Source of the DNA: Candidatus Nomurabacteria bacterium
GTDB taxonomy: Bacteria > Patescibacteriota > Minisyncoccia > Phycocordibacterales > UBA9973
Length of the DNA: 64,000 nt
Assembly (NCBI GenBank): GCA_943348755.1
Contig: CALQYS010000003.1
Coordinates: forward strand, 2,482 to 66,481
Direction of reading: 5' to 3'
Both the position numbers and the translations under genes were made by a program. Position 1 is the stretch's first letter, and every line of letters begins with the position of its first letter. Of the stretch, positions 20,515-30,401 are shown in pieces. The notes under the pieces were generated by a model. That model made no database searches. It had not been told where the DNA came from and was given only the letters and a program-made list of their open reading frames with translations.

Positions 20515-20853
20515 TTATTTTTCAAACCAGATTTCGAGACATACCCTCATAGCCCTCCCATCGTAAAGATTTTCCTCAAAGCGAATTTGCTTCTTGAGTG
20601 GCAAGATATATGTAGCGGAATGCCTATCTGGAAAAACGGAAGTACTCCATTTGCTCTTTCCTATCTTTGCTCGCGCATAAACCGCACCCCAACCTCTTCT
20701 TAATTTCCCCTTTTGCATTTCCTTAATTTTTGCCGAAATATCCTCTGGCACTCGAGCAAAACGCCAAGCGCCTTTATCGTCCCCCTCATTATAGCCTGAC
20801 TTCCAGACTATAACCCTGCTCTTGAATTTGAAAGTCTTCTTATCTTTTTTCAT
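20515..20853 (-). CDS. DUF1905 family protein
   Basis: AWRFARVP..RGWG.V..IG...W.TSVFP..YILPLKKQIR. Confidence 0.85.
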   Translation of the reverse strand: MKKDKKTFKFKSRVIVWKSGYNEGDDKGAWRFARVPEDISAKIKEMQKGKLRRGWGAVYARAKIGKSKWSTSVFPDRHSATYILPLKKQIRFEENLYDGRAMRVCLEIWFEK

Positions 20854-21074
20854 AAATCTAAAACTATCAATTTGCTCGGATGCCTATGCCCGTTTACAAT
20901 ACGAACTTTATTTTTGGACACTTTGAAATGCTCCGCTATTAGTTGGAGGACACGATTATTTGCCATATTACGTTCCGCTTTTTCTTTAACGGAGATTTCA
21001 AAATGATCTTCGGACTTCTGTTTAAAAGTTTCCTTTCTCATCCCTGCTGTAACTTTTACATGAATATAAAACAT
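20850..21074 (-). CDS. DUF167/YggU family protein
   Basis: VKVTAG..ISVKEKAERNMAN..VRIVNGH..SK. Confidence 0.85.
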   Translation of the reverse strand: MFYIHVKVTAGMRKETFKQKSEDHFEISVKEKAERNMANNRVLQLIAEHFKVSKNKVRIVNGHRHPSKLIVLDL

Positions 21075-21126
21075 ATTGTAATTTTAACACAGTAAAAAAT
21101 AAAGTTTCATGATAAAATACTATAAT

Positions 21127-21768
21127 ATGAGCACAAAGCTAATATATTTCGTACGACACGGAGAAACTGAAAATAATGCTAAAAACATAAGGCAGGGGCC
21201 AGAGGGGCATTTGACTGAAAAGGGTCGCGAACAAGCGCTTGCCACAGCCAAGAGATTCCCAAAACACAAAGGACGGCCGCAAGTCATCATCTCCAGTCCG
21301 TACGAGCGGACTAGGGAGACAGCAGAAATCATTGCTAGAGAACTAAATATGAAAATCAAATATTCTGACCTTTTAGTGGAAAGAAGAAACCCGACAGAAA
21401 TAATTGGTCACGAGGGTGGAGAAAAAGGGGTCCGAGAAATCATAGATCGTATGGATAAAAGCTATCATGCTGATGACTTAAGGATCTCAGACGAAGAAAA
21501 TTTCACCGATCTTAAAAAAAGGGCAAAGAAATTATTGTCTTACATCAAAAGAAGAAGGGCAAAAAGAATTATTATGGTAACTCATGGTATTTTCTTGAAA
21601 ATGGTTATGTCTTATATGCTTTACGGAGAAAAGTTGACCGCTTCACAATACAACAATCTCTCTTACTTCAACCCTATCAACAACGCCAGCATGGCGATCT
21701 GCTCATACACTCATCATTGGTTTATAAAAGATGAATGGAAACTTTTGGTTTGGAATGATCTTGGTTAA
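21127..21768 (+). CDS. histidine phosphatase family protein
   Basis: FVRHGET, SSPYERTRETA, MVTHG. Confidence 0.9.
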   Translation: MSTKLIYFVRHGETENNAKNIRQGPEGHLTEKGREQALATAKRFPKHKGRPQVIISSPYERTRETAEIIARELNMKIKYSDLLVERRNPTEIIGHEGGEKGVREIIDRMDKSYHADDLRISDEENFTDLKKRAKKLLSYIKRRRAKRIIMVTHGIFLKMVMSYMLYGEKLTASQYNNLSYFNPINNASMAICSYTHHWFIKDEWKLLVWNDLG

Positions 21769-21798
21769 ACCGTAAAATTATTTTCAAAAATATATTAT

Positions 21799-22776
21799 CT
21801 ATTTAATTTCACATTTCTTTTTCAGTTCCGCCAAGTCATTCTTCGTTAAAAGACTATTACTACTTTGGTTCTTCTCGTACATTATGGCCTTTGGGCTTTT
21901 GACATGGTCAAGGCCAAGGGCATGTCCAAACTCATGCGCTAAGACCCTTACTAGTTTTGCTCGATTACTAAATTCATAAATATCTATTTCTTTGGTTAAT
22001 CCATTTGTCATATATACACCCTCTTCAAATGACTCCCCGCGTGCTCCGCTCGTTGTATTGTATTTATCTACAGAGAGGTTGAGTGAATCAACAAGACGGT
22101 TCAGTGCCACTACCAGCGCATTTATTTCTTCAGCCATGGCATTGATTTTTATTTGCATCGCCTTTAATTCTTCCGCTTCGGCATTTAATTCTACACGCCT
22201 CACTTCCAGTTTGTCATACTCATCTTTTGGAGCTCCACCCTTACTGTTCCATGATTCAACTTCCACTTCATAAGCTTGATTCTTTTTATTAAATATTTCT
22301 ACTCTTGAATCAAAATTGCTTTTGGCTTCATCATAATTCTTTTTCAAAGCGAGAAATTTGGCTCTAAGACTGTCATATGAAGTTCTATTGTTCTCAACTA
22401 CAATACCGAGACTTGCCAGCTTGGCTGTCGCTTCTTGCCGGTAATCATAAACCAGATTAATTTTAAGAACTCCCAGAGAAGAATCTTCCGGCGCATAAGT
22501 AAAGAGGTTTTTACCGACATAGTCCCCTCTAGACTTTTCCCAGATGGCTTCAGCGTCAGCAAGCGCGTTTAAAAAATACTTTTTGGAAATATTAAATCGA
22601 TTGTCAAAAGTGCCTAAGACATACGAAATGGGTCGTGAACACGGAGCATGTACCAACAGTGGCGCAATATAATTTTCCTGTACCTGTGAAAATTTATCAG
22701 AAATCTGTGGCCAATACTGATAGGACACTACGCCAACAATAGTAAGTATCAGGAAAATTTTTAGAAATCTAGTCAT
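21799..22776 (-). CDS. membrane-anchored matrixin-like zinc metalloprotease with coiled-coil insert
   Basis: HEFGHALGLDH and Met-turn AIMY. Confidence 0.85.
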   Translation of the reverse strand: MTRFLKIFLILTIVGVVSYQYWPQISDKFSQVQENYIAPLLVHAPCSRPISYVLGTFDNRFNISKKYFLNALADAEAIWEKSRGDYVGKNLFTYAPEDSSLGVLKINLVYDYRQEATAKLASLGIVVENNRTSYDSLRAKFLALKKNYDEAKSNFDSRVEIFNKKNQAYEVEVESWNSKGGAPKDEYDKLEVRRVELNAEAEELKAMQIKINAMAEEINALVVALNRLVDSLNLSVDKYNTTSGARGESFEEGVYMTNGLTKEIDIYEFSNRAKLVRVLAHEFGHALGLDHVKSPKAIMYEKNQSSNSLLTKNDLAELKKKCEIK

Positions 22777-22864
22777 GACTATTCCATAAATGATAACAGT
22801 ATTAGGGGAAAGAATCCATCTGATCGTATTTGCATTCTGGCTCTAAATATGCAATAATCATTGA

Positions 22865-23107
22865 ATGAATTTAGTAGTGAAAATACTGCCCTATGCGCAG
22901 GTGATCCTTTCCGTTCTGTTGGTGTCAGCGATTTTACTTCAACAGTCTAGTGCCGGAGTAGGCGGAGCTTTGGGTGGAGGCAATACAGAGGGCTTTCAAC
23001 ACACTCGCCGAGGATTTGAGAAGTTTCTTTTTTACTTTTCCATTGTTTGTGGAATTCTTTTTGCTTTATTTGCTTTACTCAGTATAATAATAAAAGCTCA
23101 GAGCTAG
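22865..23107 (+). CDS. secG: preprotein translocase subunit SecG
   Basis: ILLQQ..G.GG.LGG..HTRRGFEK, two TM helices. Confidence 0.9.
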   Translation: MNLVVKILPYAQVILSVLLVSAILLQQSSAGVGGALGGGNTEGFQHTRRGFEKFLFYFSIVCGILFALFALLSIIIKAQS

Positions 23108-23140
23108 TTTTCGTTATCTTTTCTGATTAGACAACTTCGT

Positions 23141-24868
23141 ATGCGTAATTTTAAGTTACCTTCAAAAAAAGAAATAAATTTTATATTTGCGTCTTTCTCT
23201 AAAAAAGAGTGGCAGGTTTTTATTTTCCTGGCGCTAGTTTTATTGCTAAGCACAATACTAATGCTTCAAAGTATCAATAAACATTTCATGGTGACGATTC
23301 CGCTATATGGTGGCTCTATATCTCCGGGTATAGTCGGAGCTCCACGTTTTATAAACCCAGTACTTGCAAATTCAGAGGCCGATCAAGACTTGGTTTCACT
23401 GATATATTCAGGTCTTATGAGAAAAAGCAGTGACGGTGGTCTAATCCCAGATTTAGCGGAAAAGTATGAAGTATCAAAAAATGGCCTAATTTATACTTTT
23501 ACTTTGAAAAATAATATATATTTTCAAGATGGGAAACCCGTTACCCCGGAAGACATATTATTCACTATAAATAAAGTCAAAGACTCGACAATCGAAAGTC
23601 CACATAAGGTAGATTGGGGTGGCATAACTTTTGAAAAAATAGATGAAAAAACCGTTCAATTTACTTTAAAACAACCCTATGCATCGTTCCTAGAAAATAC
23701 AACTCTTGGAATTATGCCCGCGCATTTATGGGACAAGGGTCCATTAGAACTCAATAACGCAAATACAAACCCTATTGGGTCAGGACCTTACATGATAAAT
23801 TTAGTAAGTAAGAAATCTTCAGGAATTATAGATTATTATAAACTAGTAGCATTTAAAAAATTTATACTGGGTGAACCATATATTAAAAATATAGACTTAC
23901 ATTTTTATCAAAATGAAGATGACTTGATCGCAGCGCTACTTGATAAAACAGTGGACCAGATAAGCTCAATCACCCCCCTTAACGCAGAGAATTTAAAAGA
24001 AAGAAATTATCAGGTAGAGTCTGCGGTACTCCCAAGGGTCTTTGGACTTTTCTTTAACCAAAATCAAAATCAACTTTTTACCGACAAAGTAGTGGTCAAT
24101 GCCATTAACCAGGCAATAGATAAAGAAAAAATAGTAAAGGACGTACTTTTAGGATATGGAGTCGCGATTGATAGCCCGATACCGCCAAATATGACAGAAT
24201 ATCAAAGATTAAACATCGACAAAGCTGCACCACAAGCAAAATCACAAAAAATACAAAACGATTTAGCAAAAGACGGTTGGAAAGCTGGTGTGGATGGAAC
24301 CTTAGAAAAAACAGTAACTGACAAAAAAAAGAAGGTTACAAAAAAATTAGAATTTTCTATATCAACTGGAAATGTGCCAGAGCTTACGAAAACTGCCGAG
24401 TTGATAAAACAAGATTTAGCAGTTTATGGTATAAAAGTGGATATAAAAATCTTTGAAAATGGTAACCTAAAACAGAGTGTGATCCGTCCACGCAAATATG
24501 ACACCCTATTGTTTGGGGAAATCATAAATCACGAATCGGATCTTTTCGCTTTCTGGCACTCGACACAACGAAAAGATCCAGGGCTAAATGTCGCCATTTA
24601 TACTAATGCAAAAGTAGATAAGATTTTAGAAGATGCCTCTGTAACTATTGATGACCAATCAAGAATAAAACTATATACTCAATTTGAGAATGAAATTAAA
24701 AAGGACATGCCAGCAATTTTCCTTTTTAGTCCTAATTTTATATATGTAACATCAAAAAACCTTAAAGAAGCGAAAATGAATAATATCATTTCACCTTCAG
24801 ACCGTTATCTGAGTGCATATTTGTGGTATGGCCAAACAGAAAATATTTGGAGAATATTTGTAAAATAA
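23141..24868 (+). CDS. ABC transporter peptide-binding protein (family 5)
   Basis: LIPDLAE..YTFTLK..FQDG.PVT.EDI.FT, PIGSGPY. Confidence 0.88.
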   Translation: MRNFKLPSKKEINFIFASFSKKEWQVFIFLALVLLLSTILMLQSINKHFMVTIPLYGGSISPGIVGAPRFINPVLANSEADQDLVSLIYSGLMRKSSDGGLIPDLAEKYEVSKNGLIYTFTLKNNIYFQDGKPVTPEDILFTINKVKDSTIESPHKVDWGGITFEKIDEKTVQFTLKQPYASFLENTTLGIMPAHLWDKGPLELNNANTNPIGSGPYMINLVSKKSSGIIDYYKLVAFKKFILGEPYIKNIDLHFYQNEDDLIAALLDKTVDQISSITPLNAENLKERNYQVESAVLPRVFGLFFNQNQNQLFTDKVVVNAINQAIDKEKIVKDVLLGYGVAIDSPIPPNMTEYQRLNIDKAAPQAKSQKIQNDLAKDGWKAGVDGTLEKTVTDKKKKVTKKLEFSISTGNVPELTKTAELIKQDLAVYGIKVDIKIFENGNLKQSVIRPRKYDTLLFGEIINHESDLFAFWHSTQRKDPGLNVAIYTNAKVDKILEDASVTIDDQSRIKLYTQFENEIKKDMPAIFLFSPNFIYVTSKNLKEAKMNNIISPSDRYLSAYLWYGQTENIWRIFVK

Positions 24869-24896
24869 TTATTACTAATAAAAGAATCAATAAATA

Positions 24897-26843
24897 ATGA
24901 TAAAAAAGCAAAGATTACCTTTCAGCGCACTGAGCGTCGATAGTAAGAAAATAGAAGAAAAAACGGGACATGGACATGTAGTGACACAAAAAGCACAAGA
25001 GAAGCCAGAGCGAAAGAGTCAAATGAAAAGCTCTACCTATCAATATAGAAAAAAAAGATTTGGAAGGCAGGGGGGCAACCATTCATTTGCAAACAAAGAC
25101 CAATCAAAAAGCTCCAACAGTGCCAAAATTCTTCCGCCAGCAGATGGCGTGATACGAGTCATACCACTTGGTGGTGTTGAAGAAATCGGCAAGAACATGA
25201 CAGCTATCGAAATAGGAGAAGATATCATTGTGATTGACGCTGGAATGCACTTTGCTAATGAAGCTACTCCTGGAGTAGATTATGTTATCCCAAATACAAC
25301 CTACCTTGAAGAACGCAAGGAGAAAATACGTGCGCTCATCATAACGCATGGGCATTTAGACCATATCGGTGGTGTACCGCTTGTGCTTTCACGTATTGGA
25401 AACCCTCCGGTGTATTCTAGAAATCTTTCTATTTTGATGATGCGAAAGCGCCAAGCAGAATTTCCGCATCTACCAGCAATGAAGGAAAACATTGTTGAGA
25501 AAGACGCGGTAATAACTTGCGGAAAAATAAAGATAAGATTCTTTGGGGTAACCCATACGATCCCAGACTCAATGGGAATAATTATAGAAACAGCAAATGG
25601 ATGGATAGTAACCCCTGGAGACTATAAGCTTGACCAAATAGATGGAGTTGTCTCTAAAGAGGAAGAAAAAGAATATTCTATCTTCGACAAAGCGAAGGTG
25701 CTTTTGCTCATGACTGATTCGACTAATATAGAAAACGAGGGGTTTTCCCTGCCTGAAATAAAAGTGCATCAAGGACTTGAAAACTTAGTAAAAAAAGTAA
25801 GCGGTCGGATTATTATCGCCGCCTTTGCTTCACACATTACCCGGCTTGCGTATGTAGTAAAATTTGCAGAATCCATAGGTAAAAAGATAGCCATTGATGG
25901 ACGTTCAATGAAGACAAATATCGACGTGGCAATCGAAGCCGGACTCTTTGAACCCAAAAAGGACACTATCATTCCAATAGAAGAAGCGGATAATTTTCCA
26001 CCGAATAAAGTCGTGGTCTTGATGACTGGAGCCCAGGGCGAAGAATTTGCCTCGCTTAACCGTGTAGCAAATAAAACTCATACAAAATTCAAGCTTCAGA
26101 AAGGAGATACGATCATCCTTTCGGCTTCCATCGTCCCGGGGAATGAAAGAGCGGTAGAAAAAATGAAAGATGGACTTACTAGACAAGGAGCCCGCATTAT
26201 AAGTTACCGAACGAGCGGTGAAGATTTCGTTCATGCGACCGGACATGGTAACCAAGAAGACGTAAAATGGTTGCACCGTAAAACCCATCCGAAATTCTTT
26301 ATTCCAATCCATGGTAATCATTATCGGCTTGTACTTCATAAAGAACTCGCCATGGAACTCGGAATGAGTGAAGAAAACGTTATCGTACCCGATAATGGTT
26401 CAATCATTGAAATATCAGCAGATGGAGAAAAAATGCTATTGCGTAAAGAGCGTGCGCCGAGTGGCATTATGATGGTAGATGGTGTTTCTATTAGCGACAC
26501 GCAAGATGTAGTTATTCGTGATCGTGTCATGCTAGCACAAGATGGTATGTTTGTTATCATTGCTCTGCTTGACCAAAAAACTGGAAAATTAAAAAAATCC
26601 CCAGATCTTATCTCCCGCGGGTTCGTATACTTAAAAGAAAACCAAGAGCTCCTGCGCCAAGTTAGAATCATCATAAAAAAATCAGTGGAAGAGGCAGTGG
26701 TTAAAAAACCTATTAGTCACTCCGCTTCGAACCCGGTAGATTTTGATTACGTTAAAGCCGGTCTGGGAGAAACGGTTTCCAAATTCTTATATCAGAAAAC
26801 CGAAAAAAGACCATTAGTGATACCCGTAATATTAAGCGTGTAA
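24897..26843 (+). CDS. rnj: ribonuclease J
   Basis: IPLGGVEEIGKNM, THGHLDHIG, HATGH, FIPIHG. Confidence 0.95.
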   Translation: MIKKQRLPFSALSVDSKKIEEKTGHGHVVTQKAQEKPERKSQMKSSTYQYRKKRFGRQGGNHSFANKDQSKSSNSAKILPPADGVIRVIPLGGVEEIGKNMTAIEIGEDIIVIDAGMHFANEATPGVDYVIPNTTYLEERKEKIRALIITHGHLDHIGGVPLVLSRIGNPPVYSRNLSILMMRKRQAEFPHLPAMKENIVEKDAVITCGKIKIRFFGVTHTIPDSMGIIIETANGWIVTPGDYKLDQIDGVVSKEEEKEYSIFDKAKVLLLMTDSTNIENEGFSLPEIKVHQGLENLVKKVSGRIIIAAFASHITRLAYVVKFAESIGKKIAIDGRSMKTNIDVAIEAGLFEPKKDTIIPIEEADNFPPNKVVVLMTGAQGEEFASLNRVANKTHTKFKLQKGDTIILSASIVPGNERAVEKMKDGLTRQGARIISYRTSGEDFVHATGHGNQEDVKWLHRKTHPKFFIPIHGNHYRLVLHKELAMELGMSEENVIVPDNGSIIEISADGEKMLLRKERAPSGIMMVDGVSISDTQDVVIRDRVMLAQDGMFVIIALLDQKTGKLKKSPDLISRGFVYLKENQELLRQVRIIIKKSVEEAVVKKPISHSASNPVDFDYVKAGLGETVSKFLYQKTEKRPLVIPVILSV

Positions 26844-26844
26844 A

Positions 26845-27996
26845 ATGAAATATCAAAGAAGAATGATATATTTGGTGGGCACTATTTTTTCTCTACCTAT
26901 TGCCCTTATGTCTTATATAAACTCTAGTTTTATTTCTTCTTTTATCGATGAGAAATTAGTTGGGGTTATATACGCACTCGGTTCTGCCGTTTCAATACTT
27001 GCGCTTTTAGTAGCTCCAAAAATATTTCGGAAAATAGGTGGATATAGATTTTTATTGTGGGTAATCGCACTTGAGGCACTTTCTATTTTATTATTCGCAT
27101 TTTCAAGTAACGCATGGAGCACTATTTTTCTGTTTGTCTGTGGATTTTCTCTCAACACTTTGATCTTTTTCTCACTGGATGAGCTCTTGAAAATATTCTC
27201 AAGAGAATCTTCTACTGGAAAGACTAGGGGTATTTATATCACTCTCTGCAGTTTTGCTTGGGTCATCGCTCAATTAACCCTTGGAACAATCTTAGGAGGA
27301 TCTTCTTTTAAGACAATTTATCTGATCAGCTTTTTGATCATGCTTTTATTTTTTGCAATATCATATATATACCTCAAAAATATACCAGACCCAGAATATG
27401 ATAGGACAGATACAAAAAAATATATCGGGAAATTTTTGAAAAACAAAAATTTGTTCCGTGCTTATGTCATAAGCTTTTTACTTCAGCTCTTCTACTCTTG
27501 GATGGTTATTTATACACCGATATATCTCTCTACTTACCTTAAGTTCTCATGGAGAGAAATTGGCCTTATATTTGCAGTAATGCTCTTGCCTTTTGTTATT
27601 GTCCCATTTCGTCTAGGTCAATACGCGGATAAAATTGGAGAAAGAAAAATGTTAATGTTTGGGTTTACAATAACTTCCATTGCTACTTTTGCCCTTTTCT
27701 TTATAAACGCACACTATGCATGGATATGGGCTATGCTATTGTTCGCCACTCGAGTAGGTGCCGCAAGTATAGAAGTGATGAGTGATGCTTACTTTTTTAA
27801 ACATATTAAACCAGAAAATGAGGAATTTATCGGAGTCTACCGTAGCGCCTCCCCTGTCGCCTACATACTTGGCCCTCTGTTAGCTTTTATAGTTTTTAAC
27901 TTCGTTCCATCTTTTAATTACATCTTCCTTATTTTAGGAATGATAATTCTTTGTGGAGTTTATATTTCTTCTACGATCAAGAAGAGTGACATCTAA
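26845..27996 (+). CDS. MFS transporter
   Basis: ~12 TM helices, G.YADKIGERK motif. Confidence 0.88.
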   Translation: MKYQRRMIYLVGTIFSLPIALMSYINSSFISSFIDEKLVGVIYALGSAVSILALLVAPKIFRKIGGYRFLLWVIALEALSILLFAFSSNAWSTIFLFVCGFSLNTLIFFSLDELLKIFSRESSTGKTRGIYITLCSFAWVIAQLTLGTILGGSSFKTIYLISFLIMLLFFAISYIYLKNIPDPEYDRTDTKKYIGKFLKNKNLFRAYVISFLLQLFYSWMVIYTPIYLSTYLKFSWREIGLIFAVMLLPFVIVPFRLGQYADKIGERKMLMFGFTITSIATFALFFINAHYAWIWAMLLFATRVGAASIEVMSDAYFFKHIKPENEEFIGVYRSASPVAYILGPLLAFIVFNFVPSFNYIFLILGMIILCGVYISSTIKKSDI

Positions 27997-28000
27997 TTTT

Positions 28001-28390
28001 ATGGGTGATTTAAATAAAAAATTAATACATATTTCTGTTCCATTTCTTATTATTCATAGCATTGAAGAGTTTTATTTTGGTTTACCTAATATAGATGCAT
28101 TTACTTCTTTTATTTCTCACCATATTGGTTTAACTAATAATATTACATATTTCTTAGGACAATTAATATTGTTTGTATTTTTTGCTATTATTTTATTTCT
28201 AATCATGTTGCGTAAAAATATAGACTACGGCGGTTTCGTCGTTGGTATAATTCTCCTTTTTGAAGTTAGTCATATCTATCTAGCTATTATCTCGGGATCT
28301 TACTACCCAGGACTTGTTACAAGTCTTATCTTGTTTGGATTAGGTATCTGGTATTGGTATAAAGTGTTACAGATTAAATTTCATAAATAA
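28001..28390 (+). CDS. HXXEE domain membrane protein
   Basis: HSIEE, H..LA....YYPGLVTS. Confidence 0.8.
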   Translation: MGDLNKKLIHISVPFLIIHSIEEFYFGLPNIDAFTSFISHHIGLTNNITYFLGQLILFVFFAIILFLIMLRKNIDYGGFVVGIILLFEVSHIYLAIISGSYYPGLVTSLILFGLGIWYWYKVLQIKFHK

Positions 28391-28422
28391 ATTTTAAAGG
28401 AACAATTCTTGTGAGAAAAATC

Positions 28423-28474
28423 ACCACTCCGCCCCAAAGGGCTCCCCTTCTAAATTAGGAGGGGTAAGGGGTAG
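28423..28474. repeat. short GC-rich palindromic element between convergent genes
   Basis: CCCCTTCTAA-A-TTAGGAGGGG core within CCAC..GGGGTAG flanks. Confidence 0.45.
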
Positions 28475-28476
28475 TA

Positions 28477-29793
28477 CTAATTTTCTTTCGCAACTTCGAG
28501 AGTTACTTTTACATTTTTCTCGGCGCCTTTATGGAGAATTTTTAAATTTATTATTTGACCAATGTTTTTCTCACGAACAATAGATGCAAGATTGGTCTTG
28601 TCATCCAACTTGACCCCATCAACTTCTAAAATTATGTCATTCTCGACGATCCCCGCCTTGTCCGCAGGAGATCCTGGGATAACGGCAAGTTCGCTGGTAT
28701 TTGCCCCAGCTTTTACTAACACTCCATAATCAACCGTTAAATTATTTTTTTCTTTCATCTCAGCGTTAATGGATACATAACGAATCCCTAAGTAAGGACG
28801 TACAATTTTACCGGTAGATTTTACTGACTCAATTGCACTTTTCACACTATTGATCGGCAATGCAAAACCAATATTCTGAGATCCTTGAGCGATGGCAACA
28901 TCTACACCAATTACCCTGCCGGAAAGATCGAGCAGGGGCCCACCAGAATTGCCTGGATTAATTGCCGCATCTGTTTGAATCACGTGATCCAGAACTTCGG
29001 TACTTCCTGAGCTGTCGCCTGCAGTTATCGAACGTGCAAGCCCCGAAACTACCCCGACAGAAACAGTATTTCTGTATTCACCGAGTGCATTACCGATAGC
29101 AATAACGCTTTGTCCCACCTCGAGTTTGTCAGAATCACCCAATGAAAGGTAGGGGAAATCATTTCCTTCGATTTTTATGAGAGCAATATCTAAAATAGGG
29201 TCACGGGCAATTACTTTTGCTAAATGCTTTTTACCATCATTGGTGAAAACGGTATATTCGACATCTTTTTGATCGACAACGTGCTTGTTAGTAACAATTA
29301 AACCGTCACTGGAGACAAAAAACCCTGATCCCCCACCAATATTTTTTTTCTCTGTTCCATTTTGACGATACTGTGGAATATTAAAGTTAAAACCTGGGAA
29401 TAAATCTCCGAAAGGATTTTGTTGTTGGTTCGGATCAATGTAAGTTTCATATTTGGGAACTTCTTTCGAGATGATGATCGAGACGACAGCTGGATTTGTT
29501 TTTTTCACCGCGTCTATTACAAAATGCTCTTGCGAAAAAATAGTTTGTTTTTCTAAAATTCTTTCCGTGGTAACTTTATTACCATCTTTATCATTTGAAG
29601 ATTGTTCTTGTGCCTCTTTCAAATATTCTTGAGCAAAATATCCGAAAATCTGTGCTCTCTTGTTCCAAGCTAATCCAAAAATAATTATGAGTATGAATAA
29701 AAAAGATAACAGGCTGGTAAAAAACCCCGCAGTAAAATCTTTATTGGTAAAATATTTTTTAATGAATTTCATGATATTTATTTCTTTATGCAT
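28477..29793 (-). CDS. HtrA/DegP-family serine protease with PDZ domain
   Basis: GSGF, VTNKHVV, DIALIKI, QTDAAINPGNSGGPL, PDZ; start could be 29772. Confidence 0.93.
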   Translation of the reverse strand: MHKEINIMKFIKKYFTNKDFTAGFFTSLLSFLFILIIIFGLAWNKRAQIFGYFAQEYLKEAQEQSSNDKDGNKVTTERILEKQTIFSQEHFVIDAVKKTNPAVVSIIISKEVPKYETYIDPNQQQNPFGDLFPGFNFNIPQYRQNGTEKKNIGGGSGFFVSSDGLIVTNKHVVDQKDVEYTVFTNDGKKHLAKVIARDPILDIALIKIEGNDFPYLSLGDSDKLEVGQSVIAIGNALGEYRNTVSVGVVSGLARSITAGDSSGSTEVLDHVIQTDAAINPGNSGGPLLDLSGRVIGVDVAIAQGSQNIGFALPINSVKSAIESVKSTGKIVRPYLGIRYVSINAEMKEKNNLTVDYGVLVKAGANTSELAVIPGSPADKAGIVENDIILEVDGVKLDDKTNLASIVREKNIGQIINLKILHKGAEKNVKVTLEVAKEN

Positions 29794-29837
29794 TTTGTGT
29801 TTGGTTGATCAAAAAACTAGTAATAAATAAATTATAT

Positions 29838-30269
29838 TTAACTTTTCCTTTTTAGCAAGTTGTTTTTATATATTTTTTCTTTATACGGCTTAAGACGTAC
29901 GATTTTAATCGAAACGCCCTTATTTTTTAAGTCTTTTCTTAAATTTTTTACATATGCTTTTTGGTCGTATCCAAGGGCAATTATGTCTGGACACTCTCTT
30001 ATTATATGTGGAATATGATTTTTAACTCCAGACAATATTACTCTATCAGCAATTTTATATTTTTTAATTAAATTTATTCTTTTTAGCTCTTTTAGAAACG
30101 GTAATTGTCCTTTTATCTTTAAAACATTCTTATCTCGTGCCACCGAAACAATTAAAAAGGAATTTTTAGAAAGTTTTTTAGCCTGCTTAAAGAAATTTAG
30201 ATGACCTTTATGTATTCCATCGAAAGTCCCGAAGACCATTATCTTTGTCTGTTCATTTTTCTCTAACAT
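29838..30269 (-). CDS. cytidylyltransferase-family nucleotidyltransferase (RibL/FAD synthetase-like)
   Basis: FGTFDGIHKGH, VARD, PDIIALGYDQ. Confidence 0.8.
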   Translation of the reverse strand: MLEKNEQTKIMVFGTFDGIHKGHLNFFKQAKKLSKNSFLIVSVARDKNVLKIKGQLPFLKELKRINLIKKYKIADRVILSGVKNHIPHIIRECPDIIALGYDQKAYVKNLRKDLKNKGVSIKIVRLKPYKEKIYKNNLLKRKS

Positions 30270-30401
30270 ATAGGTAGTATAGCAAAATTCTAAAGGATTT
30301 TTTAGCACCCATATTGACGATATCTAAATCATTTTCTGTTATATTAATCTTTAAGATATTAACTTGCTAAGTATCCTGCATAAAGATTATAATTATCTAC
30401 T